Shown here piece after piece: positions 1-10,418 of a stretch of 64,000 bases of DNA. The position numbers were made by a program, and so were the translations under genes. Every line of letters begins with the position of its first letter. The first letter of the stretch is position 1. This DNA is from an uncultured Conexibacteraceae bacterium. Its GTDB lineage: Bacteria > Actinomycetota > Thermoleophilia > Solirubrobacterales > Solirubrobacteraceae. The notes beneath the pieces are model-generated. The model ran no database searches, had not been told where the DNA came from, and worked only from the letters and a program-made list of their open reading frames with translations. Where the stretch lies: the NCBI GenBank assembly GCA_963774025.1, contig CAVZDL010000016.1:10919-74918 (forward strand). The letters run 5' to 3'.

Positions 1-1018
1 AGCGTCTGGATCTTCTCGCGCGAGATCTCAACGGCGCCACGCAGGCCGGTGCGCCCAGTGAAGCGCTCGAGACGATCGGTCAGCTCATCGATACTCAACG
101 TGCGCAGATGCTGACCGTTCATATGCCGGAGCTTCTGCTCGTCGAACACGGCCGGGCTCTTCGACACGCGGTCCAGCCGGAACGCTTTCGCCATCTCGTC
201 CATGGTGAGGAATTCCTCGTCGCCCCCGAAGCCGGTCCCCAGCAATGCGATGTAGTTGTTCACCGCCTCCGGCAGATAGCCGGCGTCGCGCAGTTCCTGG
301 ACGGACGCCGCACCGTGTCGCTTGGAGAGCTTCTTGCCGTCGGGGCCATGCAGCAACGGCAGGTGCGCGTAGCGCGGGGGCGTGGCGCCGAGCGCCTCGA
401 ACACCAGCAGCTGCTTTGGCGTGTTCGAGATGTGGTCCTCCCCCCGAACCACATGCGTGATCTGGGAGTCAAGGTCGTCGACCGCGACCGCGAAGTTGTA
501 GAGCACTGAGCCGTCGGCGCGGGCGATCACCGGGTCGTCCATGCTCGCGTTCGGGAAGCTGACTTCACCCCTGACGAGGTCGTCGAATGACGTGTGGCCC
601 TCGTCCGGCACGTGCAACCGCACGGCGCCGGTCGACTCCGACTCCCCGCGGAAGCCGCGGTCGGCGCCACGCCTCTCCCTGCTGGCCCTGACGTCCTCAG
701 CGGTGGCATTGGAGCGGTAGGCGTGCCCGTCAGCCAGCAGTTGTGCGAGCGCCTCCTGGTGGCGCGGCGTGTTGCCGATCTGGGAGATCGGTCCCTCGTC
801 CCAATCGAGACCCAGCCAGGTCAGGGCGTCGAGGATCTGCGCGACGTTCTCCTCGGTTGATCGCTCGCGGTCGGTATCTTCGATCCGCAGCACGAACGTG
901 CCCGGAGGGCCTTCGCCATCCTCGCCCGGACCGTGCGCGAGCAACCAGTTGTAGAGCGCGGCACGGGCGCCGCCGATGTGCAGCGCTCCGGTCGGCGATG
1001 GAGCGAATCTAACTCTCA
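1..1018 (-). CDS. gltX: glutamate--tRNA ligase, N-terminal part (gene runs off left edge)
   Basis: Manual minus-strand translation from ATG 1018..1016 gives MRVRFAPSPTGALHIGGARAALYNWLLA...FVLRIEDTDRERSTEENV...LDWDEGP. It has the class-I HIGH signature and the GluRS-type EDTDxxRS block. It is absent from the ORF track because no stop lies in the window. Confidence 0.85.
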
Positions 1019-1069
1019 TGACGAACGGAGGCCCATGCTAGACACCCCAGTCCGGGCGGCGCTCGCCCG

Positions 1070-1942
1070 ATGCTGATCGGCGCTCATGTCTCCCCTGCCG
1101 GTGGCCTCTGGAAGGCAGTCGAGCGCGGCACTCAACTCGATGCAGCGTCGATCCAGATCTTCAACCAGTCGCCGCGCATGTGGCGCCCGACCAACTACAC
1201 CGAGGATGACTTCGCGAAGTTCCGGGAGGCCGGCGACGCCAGCGGGATCGGCGCTGTGCTGATCCACGCCGTCTATCTGCTCAACTGCGCCTCCGAGGAT
1301 CCTGAGATCCGTGAGAAGTCGCTCGCGTCGCTGACGCATTCGCTGCGGGTCGGAGACGCAATCGGCGCAACCGGCGTCGTCCTGCACCCGGGCTCGGCCA
1401 AGACCGGACACGTCGGAGAGGCGATCGCGCGCGCCGGTGAGGTGATCGGGCAAGCGCTCGCCGAGTCCGACCACTGCGCGCTGCATCTCGAGGACACGGC
1501 CGGTGCGGGCGGCACTCTCGGGCGCTCGTTCGAGGAACTGGCGGCGCTGATCGAGGCAGCGGGCGGCAGCGCGCGACTCGGCATGTGCCTCGACTCCTGT
1601 CACCTGCTTGCATCGGGCTACGACATCCGCACCGTCGAGGGCCTCGACGAGACGCTCCTCCAGTGCGACAGAACCGTCGGCCTCGAGCGTCTCCATTCGA
1701 TTCACCTCAACGACTCGCTGACGCCGCTCGGTTCCAACCGCGACCGCCATGCCGCCCCCGGTGAGGGCGAGATCGGCGAGGACGGACTCGCCGTATTCCT
1801 GTCCGAGCCACGCTTCCAGGACCTGCCGGTCGTGCTCGAAACCGGCACCGCCGACGGTGCCGTCGCTCCCGAGGACATCGCGCTCGCGCACGAGCTGCGG
1901 GAGCGCGGCCAAGCGCAGCGCGCGGGAGCCAAGAGCAAGTAG
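1070..1942 (+). CDS. nfo: endonuclease IV (AP endonuclease, TIM-barrel)
   Basis: 290-aa ORF starting MLIGAHVSPAGGL. Blocks IHAVYLLN, VVLHPGS, LEDTAG, CLDSCH and IHLNDS are typical of Nfo metal ligands. Confidence 0.85.
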   Translation: MLIGAHVSPAGGLWKAVERGTQLDAASIQIFNQSPRMWRPTNYTEDDFAKFREAGDASGIGAVLIHAVYLLNCASEDPEIREKSLASLTHSLRVGDAIGATGVVLHPGSAKTGHVGEAIARAGEVIGQALAESDHCALHLEDTAGAGGTLGRSFEELAALIEAAGGSARLGMCLDSCHLLASGYDIRTVEGLDETLLQCDRTVGLERLHSIHLNDSLTPLGSNRDRHAAPGEGEIGEDGLAVFLSEPRFQDLPVVLETGTADGAVAPEDIALAHELRERGQAQRAGAKSK

Positions 1943-1952
1943 GGTTACCGAC

Positions 1953-3377
1953 GTGCCCGCCGCCCAAGAAGCCGACGCGCTGGTGGTCTTCGGGATCACC
2001 GGCGACCTCGCGCGAAAGATGACGTTTCGCTCGCTTTACCGGCTCGAGCGGCGCAAGCTGCTGAACCTGCCCGTGATCGGGGTCGCGGTCGACGATTGGA
2101 ACGTCGATCAACTGGTCCAGCGCGCGCGTGAGTCGATCACCGAGTGCGGTGAGGAGATCGACGAGGAGGTCTTCACACGATTCGCCAAGCGCCTGCAGTA
2201 CGTGAGCGGTGACTTCGACGATGCCGCCACCTATGAGCGCGTCAAACTGGCGCTCGGGAGTCAGCACAACCCGACCTTCTATCTCGAGATCCCACCGTCG
2301 CTATTCGGGCGCGTAGTCCAGGGGCTGTACGACACCGGGCTGCTGACCGACGAGCACCGCGTTGTGGTCGAGAAGCCCTTCGGCCACGACCTGGCCTCCG
2401 CCCGCGCGCTGGCGGCGGAGCTGCACAAGTGCCTCGACGAGTCCCAGCTTTACAGGATCGACCATTTCCTCGGGAAGATGGGCCTGCAGGAGATTCTCTA
2501 CCTGCGCTTCGCGAACACGACGATCGAACCGGTCTGGAACCGCAACTACGTCTCCTCGGTACAGATCACGATGGCCGAGTCCGTTGGCGTCGAGGATCGC
2601 GGTCACTTCTACGACCCAGTCGGTGCCCTGCGCGACGTCGTCGTCAACCATCTAATGCAGGTGGTCGCCGCGGTCGCGATGGAGCCGCCGGCAGGCGGCG
2701 ATGCAGCCACACTGAAGGACGCGAAGTATGCGGTGTTGCGCTCGATGCATGACGCCGATCCGGCGCGCTACGTGCGCGGCCAGTATGAGGGATATCGCGA
2801 GATCTCAGGGGTCGCCCCCGACTCGCAGACGGAGACCTACGCAGCGTTGAAGCTCGAGATCGAGAACTGGCGCTGGGCCGGCGTTCCCTTCTTCATCCGC
2901 ACAGGCAAGGAGATGCCAGCCAAGCAGACCGAGGTGCGGCTGGTGTTCAAGCACCCGCCGAGGGTCGCGTTCATCCCCACCGGCAACCGCCACCCCGAGC
3001 CGAGCCAGATCGTCATAAAGATCGATCCAGGCACCGGGGTCCAAATGATCCTCGACGCGATGCGAGCCGACCGCCACGGCACCTCCGACATCCATCTCAA
3101 CATGGAGTTCGCCCAGGAGGGCGGCGAGGCGCCCACCCCGTACGAGGTGCTGCTGCACGCGGCAATCGTCGGGGACGCCACGGCGTTCACGCGCCAGGAC
3201 AGCATCGAAGAGAGCTGGCGCGTGCTGACACCGTTGCTCGACGACCCGCCGCCGGTCGTCCCCTACGCCCCGGGCTCGTGGGGCCCGGTCGAGGCCGAGA
3301 AGCTGACGAACGGCTACGGCGGCTGGCGCAAGCCCTGGCTTGCCGCGGCCCCGGCGGCCGGTCAGCAGACCGAGTAA
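1953..3377 (+). CDS. zwf: glucose-6-phosphate 1-dehydrogenase
   Basis: Inside ORF 1749..3377. The GTG at 1953 gives VPAAQEADALVVFGITGDLARKM (NADP-binding GxxGDLA) and later the RIDHFLGK active-site block. The upstream part of the ORF overlaps nfo and looks non-coding. Confidence 0.9.
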   Translation: MPAAQEADALVVFGITGDLARKMTFRSLYRLERRKLLNLPVIGVAVDDWNVDQLVQRARESITECGEEIDEEVFTRFAKRLQYVSGDFDDAATYERVKLALGSQHNPTFYLEIPPSLFGRVVQGLYDTGLLTDEHRVVVEKPFGHDLASARALAAELHKCLDESQLYRIDHFLGKMGLQEILYLRFANTTIEPVWNRNYVSSVQITMAESVGVEDRGHFYDPVGALRDVVVNHLMQVVAAVAMEPPAGGDAATLKDAKYAVLRSMHDADPARYVRGQYEGYREISGVAPDSQTETYAALKLEIENWRWAGVPFFIRTGKEMPAKQTEVRLVFKHPPRVAFIPTGNRHPEPSQIVIKIDPGTGVQMILDAMRADRHGTSDIHLNMEFAQEGGEAPTPYEVLLHAAIVGDATAFTRQDSIEESWRVLTPLLDDPPPVVPYAPGSWGPVEAEKLTNGYGGWRKPWLAAAPAAGQQTE

Positions 3378-3775
3378 CCCTGCCTCCAGACGGAGTGGTA
3401 GTCCGCCATTTGCATCCGGAGGCTCCCTCCGTTATAGTTCCGGAGGCAGCCTCCGCATATGCGGCTGAGGCTGAGCCCCCGGACCAAGGAGCCGACACAT
3501 GGCAACCGTCACAGCAGACTTCACGACACCACCGTTCCCCCGGTCACGGGTTGAGCGCTCCACCGACGGTTTTATCGCCGGATATGTCCACACGCTTGCA
3601 CTCGCCTCAGGGTGGCTCGCTGAGGACCGCCAGACACCCGGCAAACCTCGACGCCGACTCACCGAGGAGGCGTCACGCCGGGGAAGCGACTGTCGGAGCC
3701 GCGGGGTGCGCGTCGGCCGCTCGCTGCGGCCCCAGCGGCTGATTGAAGCTTTGTGACGGGGAGGCTCGGCGCCAG

Positions 3776-4192
3776 ATGGAAGATCCGATGCCGGTGGGAA
3801 GTCACGCCGAGATTCCTCTGTCGGAGATCACAATCCGCGCATCCCGCTCGTCCGGCCCCGGCGGGCAGCACGCGAACGTCACCGCGTCCCGGATTGAGGC
3901 TGTATTCGACGTCGGGGCCTCGACGGCGCTGAGCGAAGAGCAGAAACGGCGTGTGATCTCACGGCTGGGTCCCCGAGTCATGGCGATCGCACAGGACGCC
4001 CGCAGCCAGGCGCAAAACCGCGAGCTGGCGCTCGGGCGCCTGCAGGAGAGACTGGATTCCGCGCTCTACATCGCGCCGCCGCGCACGCCGACCCGTCCGA
4101 CGAAGGCGTCCGAGCGCCGGCGAATCGAAGCCAAACGCAGCCAGGCTGAGCGCAAGCGCCAACGCCAAAGCCCCGGAGCCGAAGAGGACTGA
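3776..4192 (+). CDS. arfB: alternative ribosome-rescue factor ArfB / class-I release-factor-domain peptidyl-tRNA hydrolase
   Basis: Carries the GGQ motif (SSGPGGQHANVTAS) and a basic C-terminal tail (RRRIEAKRSQAERKRQRQ). The track start at 3743 is TTG. ATG 3776 or ATG 3788 (MPVGSHAEIPLSEITIRAS) is more likely. Confidence 0.75.
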   Translation: MEDPMPVGSHAEIPLSEITIRASRSSGPGGQHANVTASRIEAVFDVGASTALSEEQKRRVISRLGPRVMAIAQDARSQAQNRELALGRLQERLDSALYIAPPRTPTRPTKASERRRIEAKRSQAERKRQRQSPGAEED

Positions 4193-4200
4193 GCGCTACC

Positions 4201-7200
4201 TCAGGCGGCTGCGGCTGTATCAGCTGGCAGCAGCGCCGAACCGAGCAGCTGTGAGAGCTCGGAGTACAGCCCGGCGGTCCGCTGCACGCGGAACGTCGAC
4301 CCGAGGCGCAGTCGACGCGCGCCCCGCGCCGATGCGAGCTCGACGACGACCTCCGCCTCACCGGGGAAGCCCGCCAGCAGTTCACGCAGATCGTCAATCA
4401 GGTCGGGCTGCACAGCGCTCGCGTCGAGTCGAATCTGGAATGACTCAGGCACGACGACCTTTGCCGCCTGCTGCTCAGCCCGGGCCAGCTCGGCGTCGCT
4501 CGGCTCAAACCGGTCGACCGACGAGACGACGACGCAGGTTCGAGATGCCTCCTTGTGATCGATCTTGCCCTTGATCAGGACGATCGCGTCCGGTTCGACG
4601 GCGCTTCCGGCCTCCTCCAGCGTGTCCGCGAAGATCACGAGCTCGACCGAGCCATTCAGGTCCTCGAGCGTGGCGAACACCATCGGGTCGCCCTTCTTGG
4701 TGCGCAGGCGCTTGACCTGGCTGATCATCCCACCGACCGTGACACGGTCACCATCGCGGCACGCGGACACGCCACCGAGGTTGACGTCGGTCTTGGTCGA
4801 CATCGCGACGCTCAGCGCCTTGAGCGGGTGGGCTGAGATAAAGAGGCCAATCGATTCCTTCTCGATCGCGAGCAACTCGCTCTGCTCGAACTCCCCCGTG
4901 GGAATCGGCGTGTGGCTGGGCCGGGCCGCAACACCGCCCCCGGCGCCGCCGCCGAGATCGAGTCCGAGATCGAAGATCGAACCCTGGCCGATCTGTGCAT
5001 CCTGTTGCGCTTTCTGGCCGGCCGCCTGCGCCTGTTCGAGCACCGCCAGCATGCCCATGCGCGTCGCGCCGGTCGAGCCGAACGCGCCGCATTTGATCAG
5101 CGCCTCGATCGCCTTCCTGTTGACCGTGCGGTTGTCGATCCGCTCGCAGAAATCGAAGATGTCGCTGAACGGCCCCTCCGCGCGCGCGAGCTTGATCGCC
5201 TCGACTGCCGAGTAGCCGACGCCCTTGACCGCATCGAGTCCGAAGCGGATGTTGCCGTCGTCGACGACGAACCGGTGATCTGAGATGTTCACGTCCGGAG
5301 GCAGGATCTGAATGCCCATCTGCTCGGCCTGTGCCACGAAGAACGGAACCTTGTCCTTGGTGTCCATCACCGACGAGATCAGCGCGGCCATGTACTCGGC
5401 CGGGTAGTTGGCCCGCAGCCAAGCTGTGCGATACGAGATCAGCGCGTAACAGGCGGCATGGGACTTGTTGAACGAGTAGTCGGCGGACTTCTCGTTCGTC
5501 GTCCAGATCCAGTCGATGACGCTCTCGCTCGTGCCCGAAGCGCGGCAACCCTCGACGAACTCGGGCTTGAGCTTGGCCATCGACGCGCGGTTCTTCTTGC
5601 CGATCGCCTTGCGTAGGTCATCTGCCTTGGCGCCGCTGAACCCGGCGAGCTCGCGGGAGATGACCATCGCCTGCTCCTGGTAGATGATCACACCCTTGGT
5701 CGACTCGAGGATCGGGCGCAGACGGTCGTCGCGGAAGTCGATCGAGTCCGGATCGTGCTTGCCACGGGCGTACATCGGGATCGAATCCACGGCGCCTGGG
5801 CGGTAGAGCGCGCCGAGCGCGACGAGGTCGTCAAACTCGGTCGGGCGGACCCGCTTCAGCGCCTCGCGGAAGCCCTCCGATTCGAACTGGAAAACGCCGA
5901 CCGACTCTCCGCGTGACAGCATCTCGTAGGTCTTTGAATCGTCGAGCGGCAGCCCCGTCATGTCGGGCCGCGCACCAGTCGAACGCTCGATGATGTCGAG
6001 CGCGTCCTCGATCACGTCGAGGTTGCGCAGCCCGAGGAAGTCCATCTTCAGCAGGCCCATGGCCTCGACGGGCTTCATCGAGAACTGCGTGACGGTGCGA
6101 TAGATCTTCTCGCCGTTCTCGTCGGTCTTGTTGGTGTCGGCGAGCTGCACCGGGACCAGCTCGGTCAGGGGCTGCGGCGCGATCACGACGGCGGCGGCGT
6201 GGATCGAGGCGTTCCGCACGATTCCCTCGAGGCCGCGTGCGACCTCGATGATCCGGTGCGAGTCGGCATCCCTCTGCGTCTCCGCGGCGAGCGGCTGGCC
6301 AGGCTTGAGGCAGTCCTCGAACTTCGGCGCGCGCCCCTGGTCGGGGTCGGGGATCAGCTTGGCGAGCTTGTCGCCGAGCGCGTACGGAAACCCGAGCACC
6401 CGGGCAGCGTCGCGCGTGGCCGCGCGCGGGAACATCTTGCCGAAGGTGATGATCTGTGCGACCGAGTCCTTTCCGTACTTGTCTGTGACGTACTGGATCA
6501 CCTGCTCACGGCCACGCACAGAGAAGTCGACGTCGATGTCCGGCATCGAAACGCGCTCGGGGTTGAGAAAGCGCTCGAACAGCAGGTCGTAGCGCAGCGG
6601 GTCGAGGTCGGTAATCCGTAGCGCGTAGGCAACCAGCGAGCCTGCCGCCGAGCCACGGCCCGGGCCGACCGGGATGCCGCTGTCGCGCGCGTACTTGATG
6701 AAATCCCACACGATCAGGAAGTACCCGCTGTAGCCCATGCGGTCGATCACGCCGAGCTCGTACTCGGCACGCTCCAGCGCCTCGGCGGGCACCGGCTCGC
6801 CGAACCGCCCAACAAGCCCGTCCAGTACCAGCTGGCGCAGGTGGTCGCGCTCGACCAGCCCACCCGGACACTCGAAACGCGGGATCAGCTGCTTGCCGAG
6901 CTCGATCTCGACGTCGCAGCGCTCAGCTATCTCCATCGTCGAGGCCAGCGCCTCCGGCCATACCGCAAACCGCTCAGCCATCTCGTCGCTCGAACGCAGG
7001 TAGAACTCGTTCGTGTCGAAGGTCAGCTTCGGTGCCGCCAGCGTCGACTTGGTCTGCACGCACAGCAGCGCGGTGTGGTTGTCGTAGTCCTCGCGGCGCA
7101 GGTAATGCACATCACCGGTACCGACCAGTGGGCGTCCCAACTCGCGCGCGATCCGGACGATGCCCTCGTTGGCCTTCTCCTGATCGGGGATGCCGTTCTT

Positions 7201-7716
7201 CTGGACTTCGAAATAGACGTTCTGCTGGCCGTAGATCTGCAGGAGCTCATCGGCGACGGCCCGTGCTTCCTGGGCGCGATCGGCGACCAGCGCCTGACAG
7301 AACCGCGAGGCGAGACAGCCGCTCAACGCGATCACGCCCTCCGCATACCGGGACATGAGACCGGCGTCCACCGTCGGCTTGCCGCGCTGAAGCCCTTCGA
7401 GAAAACCGGAGGAGCACAGCTTGACGAGGTTGCGGTAGCCGGCCGCGTTCTCGGCGATCAGCGTCAGGTGATGGCGCTTGCCGCGCTTGGTGTGGTCGTC
7501 CGTGACGTATACCTCACACCCCTGAATGGGCTTGATCCCGTGCTTCTTGCACGCCTGGTAGAGCTCCACCGCGCCGTTCATCACGCCGTGGTCGGTAAGG
7601 GCGAGTGCGGGCTGTCCGAAGGACGCGGCGCGCTCTGCGAGGCCGTCGATCTTTGCCGCTCCGTCGAGCAGGGAGTACTCGGAATGAACGTGTAGGTGGG
7701 CGCAGGACTGAGACAT
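4201..7716 (-). CDS. dnaE: DNA polymerase III alpha subunit
   Basis: 1171 aa. N-terminal PHP domain (HLHVHSEYSLLDGA), polymerase core and OB-fold region. The frame is uninterrupted. Confidence 0.95.
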   Translation of the reverse strand: MSQSCAHLHVHSEYSLLDGAAKIDGLAERAASFGQPALALTDHGVMNGAVELYQACKKHGIKPIQGCEVYVTDDHTKRGKRHHLTLIAENAAGYRNLVKLCSSGFLEGLQRGKPTVDAGLMSRYAEGVIALSGCLASRFCQALVADRAQEARAVADELLQIYGQQNVYFEVQKNGIPDQEKANEGIVRIARELGRPLVGTGDVHYLRREDYDNHTALLCVQTKSTLAAPKLTFDTNEFYLRSSDEMAERFAVWPEALASTMEIAERCDVEIELGKQLIPRFECPGGLVERDHLRQLVLDGLVGRFGEPVPAEALERAEYELGVIDRMGYSGYFLIVWDFIKYARDSGIPVGPGRGSAAGSLVAYALRITDLDPLRYDLLFERFLNPERVSMPDIDVDFSVRGREQVIQYVTDKYGKDSVAQIITFGKMFPRAATRDAARVLGFPYALGDKLAKLIPDPDQGRAPKFEDCLKPGQPLAAETQRDADSHRIIEVARGLEGIVRNASIHAAAVVIAPQPLTELVPVQLADTNKTDENGEKIYRTVTQFSMKPVEAMGLLKMDFLGLRNLDVIEDALDIIERSTGARPDMTGLPLDDSKTYEMLSRGESVGVFQFESEGFREALKRVRPTEFDDLVALGALYRPGAVDSIPMYARGKHDPDSIDFRDDRLRPILESTKGVIIYQEQAMVISRELAGFSGAKADDLRKAIGKKNRASMAKLKPEFVEGCRASGTSESVIDWIWTTNEKSADYSFNKSHAACYALISYRTAWLRANYPAEYMAALISSVMDTKDKVPFFVAQAEQMGIQILPPDVNISDHRFVVDDGNIRFGLDAVKGVGYSAVEAIKLARAEGPFSDIFDFCERIDNRTVNRKAIEALIKCGAFGSTGATRMGMLAVLEQAQAAGQKAQQDAQIGQGSIFDLGLDLGGGAGGGVAARPSHTPIPTGEFEQSELLAIEKESIGLFISAHPLKALSVAMSTKTDVNLGGVSACRDGDRVTVGGMISQVKRLRTKKGDPMVFATLEDLNGSVELVIFADTLEEAGSAVEPDAIVLIKGKIDHKEASRTCVVVSSVDRFEPSDAELARAEQQAAKVVVPESFQIRLDASAVQPDLIDDLRELLAGFPGEAEVVVELASARGARRLRLGSTFRVQRTAGLYSELSQLLGSALLPADTAAAA

Positions 7717-7750
7717 GCCCAGCGGACTGTAGGCATGTCTTCAGACAGAC

Positions 7751-7945
7751 CTAGGGGCTCTCTTCGCTAGGTGGTTGAATCTTTTCGCGCAGCCGAGTCA
7801 GAGCCTCGTCGAGGCGCTCGGTCGAGATCTCTGACTGCGACTCCGGTTCGGTTCCGCCCTCTGGCTTCGCCGCCTCCGGGCCGCGTGCAGGCTTTGCGGT
7901 CGGAGCCTCCGGCCCGCCGCCGAATAACCTGCGGAGCAACCCCAC
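7751..7945 (-). CDS. possible small hypothetical protein between argG and dnaE (low-complexity, acidic C-terminus)
   Basis: GTG 7945 or TTG 7939 lies just after the argG stop and is preceded by GGGAG. Predicted product: ...LLRRLFGGGPEAPTAKPARGPEAAKPEGGTEPESQSEISTERLDEALTRLREKIQPPSEESP. Third-position GC bias is only moderate. Confidence 0.3.
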   Translation of the reverse strand: MGLLRRLFGGGPEAPTAKPARGPEAAKPEGGTEPESQSEISTERLDEALTRLREKIQPPSEESP

Positions 7946-7950
7946 TCCCG

Positions 7951-9201
7951 TCAGTCCTCGGAGCGGTTGCGCACCTGCCAGGCCATGCGCGACTGCAACG
8001 ACCAAAGCTCGATGAACCCGGGCGAGGCCTCCTGGCTGAACAGGCCGCCGGACTCGGAGAAGGTCGCGAGCTGCGCGTCGTAGATGGCGTAGGGAGACTC
8101 GCGCGTGACGACCCGCGCTGAGCCCTTGAACAGCTTGACGCCGATGCGGCCGGTCACATGCGAGTTGGCGGCATCCATATAGGCCTCGATGTCGGTACGC
8201 AGCGGCTCCCACCAGAGGCCGGCGTAGACCAGGTAGGCCCACTTGTGGTCGAGCGTCACCTTGAACTGGTTCTGGTGGATCGTGCCGACCAGGCGCTCGA
8301 GCTCGGCGTGCGCAGGCAGCAGGATCGCGGCCGCCGGAACCTCGTAGATGTCGCGCACCTTGAGTCCGACGATGCGGTCCTCGATGTGGTCAACGATGCC
8401 GACGCCGTGTCGCATGCCGGCCTCGGCGACCCGCTCGAGAAGCGTGACGAGCGGCAGGCGCTCGCCATCCAGCGCCACCGGAAGACCCTGTTCGAACTCG
8501 AGCTCGAGCGTATCGGGCGTGTCGGGGGCGAGCTCGGGACGGGTCACCAACTGGAAGACGTCGTCCTGCGGAGCGGTCTCCAGGTCCTCGATCCAGCGGC
8601 CCTCGCTCGAGCGGCCCCAGAGGTTGTCGTCGATCGAATACGGAGCCACCTCACTCCCGCCCTTGACCGGGATCCCGTTCTCACGCGCGTAGGCGACCTC
8701 CTCGTCGCGGCCCATCTTCCAGGACCGCACGGGCGCGATCACCTTCAGTTCGGGCGCCAGCGTCGCGATCGTCGACTCGATCCGCACCTGATCGTTGCCC
8801 TTGCCTGTGCAACCGTGGGCGATCGTGTCACAGCCCGAGCTGCGCGCATACTCGACCGCGAGCTTGGCGATCAGCGGCCGACCGAGCGCGGTGAACAGCG
8901 GGTAGCCGAGGCCGTAGATCGCGTTGGCCCTGATCGCCGGCGCGACGTAATCACGCGCGAACTCCTCGCGCGCATCGATCACGTGTGCGTCGAGCGCCCC
9001 CAACTGCAGCGCCTTGCCCTTGACAACGTCGTAGTCCTCGCCCGGCTGGCCGAGGTTCACCGTTAGCGCGACCACCTCGGCGTGGTACTGATCCTGGATC
9101 CACTTGAGCATCACGCTCGTGTCGAGACCACCGCTATAGAGCAGCAGTACACGGTGCACGTCCTCAGGATTGGCGAGGTAGCTCGCAGTCTGATTGGTCA
9201 C
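7951..9201 (-). CDS. argG: argininosuccinate synthase
   Basis: 416 aa. PP-loop LLLYSGGLDTS and the ArgG-type block GCTGKGNDQVR. The GTG start overlaps the stop of the upstream gene (GTGA). Confidence 0.92.
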   Translation of the reverse strand: MTNQTASYLANPEDVHRVLLLYSGGLDTSVMLKWIQDQYHAEVVALTVNLGQPGEDYDVVKGKALQLGALDAHVIDAREEFARDYVAPAIRANAIYGLGYPLFTALGRPLIAKLAVEYARSSGCDTIAHGCTGKGNDQVRIESTIATLAPELKVIAPVRSWKMGRDEEVAYARENGIPVKGGSEVAPYSIDDNLWGRSSEGRWIEDLETAPQDDVFQLVTRPELAPDTPDTLELEFEQGLPVALDGERLPLVTLLERVAEAGMRHGVGIVDHIEDRIVGLKVRDIYEVPAAAILLPAHAELERLVGTIHQNQFKVTLDHKWAYLVYAGLWWEPLRTDIEAYMDAANSHVTGRIGVKLFKGSARVVTRESPYAIYDAQLATFSESGGLFSQEASPGFIELWSLQSRMAWQVRNRSED

Positions 9202-10418
9202 GCGCGCAAGGCTACGGATTTCGCTCGGGCGGCGAAGTCGTCGCCGCGTTCTTCGAAATTCGTATAGGCGTTGAAGCTGGGGGCGGCGGGTGACATGAGG
9301 ATCACGCCGCCATGGGCGGAGATCTCAGCTGAGATTGCGATCGCATCTGCCATATCTCGCGCAGGGTGCGACAGCTTGGACAAGAAGCCGTGGGCCGCAG
9401 CGGCGGCGGCAATCCGTGGCCCGGTGTCAGGGAGATGGATCAGCGCCGTCGCGACTGTGCGGCCGGCCAGCGCCCGTCCGAGACCGTCGTAGTCCTGATC
9501 GCGGTCGCTGCCGCCGGCGATCAGCACGACCGGCCGGTCGTTGAACACCTCGAGCGCCGCGATCGCGGACTCGGGCGTCGTCGAGATGCTGTCGTCGACC
9601 CACTCCGTGCCCTGCTCGCCGGTGTGCACCGTCTGCAGACGGTGGGGAAGCGCGGTGAGTCCCTCGAGCGCCTGTGGGAGCGGTGGCAGCGACAGCCCCG
9701 CCGCCTCGATCGCCGCCGCAGCCGCCGCGACATTGGCGGCGTTGTGTCGCCCGCGCAGGGGGATCTGGTCGGGCGCCACGACCAGCGGCCAGTCGCCGCT
9801 GCCGCCGGGCGCGCGAACGGCGATGCGGACCCCGGGCAGCTCGAAGATCCGCAGCTTGTCGGCGCGGTACCGCTCCTCGCTGCCGTGCCAGTCAGTGTGC
9901 TCGCGGTACAGGTTCGTCAGCACGGCAACTTCCGGGCCGGTCGTGAGGTCGGCGATCTGGTAGCTCGAGAGCTCGCATACGACCCATGTTTCCTCGGGCG
10001 TGTCGAGCAGATCGATCACGGGGCGGCCGATGTTGCCCGCAAGCTCGGTCGCAGTGACCTGGCGCAACAGATGCGCGATCACAGTTGCGGTCGTGCTCTT
10101 ACCCTTGGTCCCCGTCACGCCGATCACGTGCCTTCCCCTGCGTTCTGCCAACCACAGCGCGGTGGCCGTTGTGACCGTCTTGCCGTTCCTGACCGCGTCC
10201 TGGATCAGCGGCTTGTAGATCGAGACGCCGGGCGAGCGGACCAGCACGTCGGCTGCGGCGATCGCGCCCTCGGCGTCCGCCGCCGGCGTGTCGTCGTCGA
10301 TCACGAAGTTGATGCGGGCGCTCGGCAGGCGCTGCGCCAACTGGTCTTGGAACGCGAGCGTCTCACGCCCGAGCCCCCAGACTGCGACCGTCCTGCCCTC
10401 AAGCTCCGAGAACTTCAC
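9198..10418 (-). CDS. Mur-ligase family protein, MurD-like (candidate MurD2, UDP-MurNAc-L-Ala--L-Glu ligase)
   Basis: 406 aa. N-terminal Rossmann-like start (TVAVWGLGRE) and Mur-ligase P-loop GVTGTKGKSTT. It overlaps the upstream PP-loop-like ORF by 20 nt and argG by 4 nt. Confidence 0.7.
   Translation of the reverse strand: MKFSELEGRTVAVWGLGRETLAFQDQLAQRLPSARINFVIDDDTPAADAEGAIAAADVLVRSPGVSIYKPLIQDAVRNGKTVTTATALWLAERRGRHVIGVTGTKGKSTTATVIAHLLRQVTATELAGNIGRPVIDLLDTPEETWVVCELSSYQIADLTTGPEVAVLTNLYREHTDWHGSEERYRADKLRIFELPGVRIAVRAPGGSGDWPLVVAPDQIPLRGRHNAANVAAAAAAIEAAGLSLPPLPQALEGLTALPHRLQTVHTGEQGTEWVDDSISTTPESAIAALEVFNDRPVVLIAGGSDRDQDYDGLGRALAGRTVATALIHLPDTGPRIAAAAAAHGFLSKLSHPARDMADAIAISAEISAHGGVILMSPAAPSFNAYTNFEERGDDFAARAKSVALRA

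Noticed and set aside
1016-1999. 327-aa minus-strand ORF covering the whole nfo gene
   Set aside because: Arg/Ala/Gly-rich antisense shadow of a well-supported gene (nfo). This is typical of high-GC DNA, and it has no recognisable motifs.
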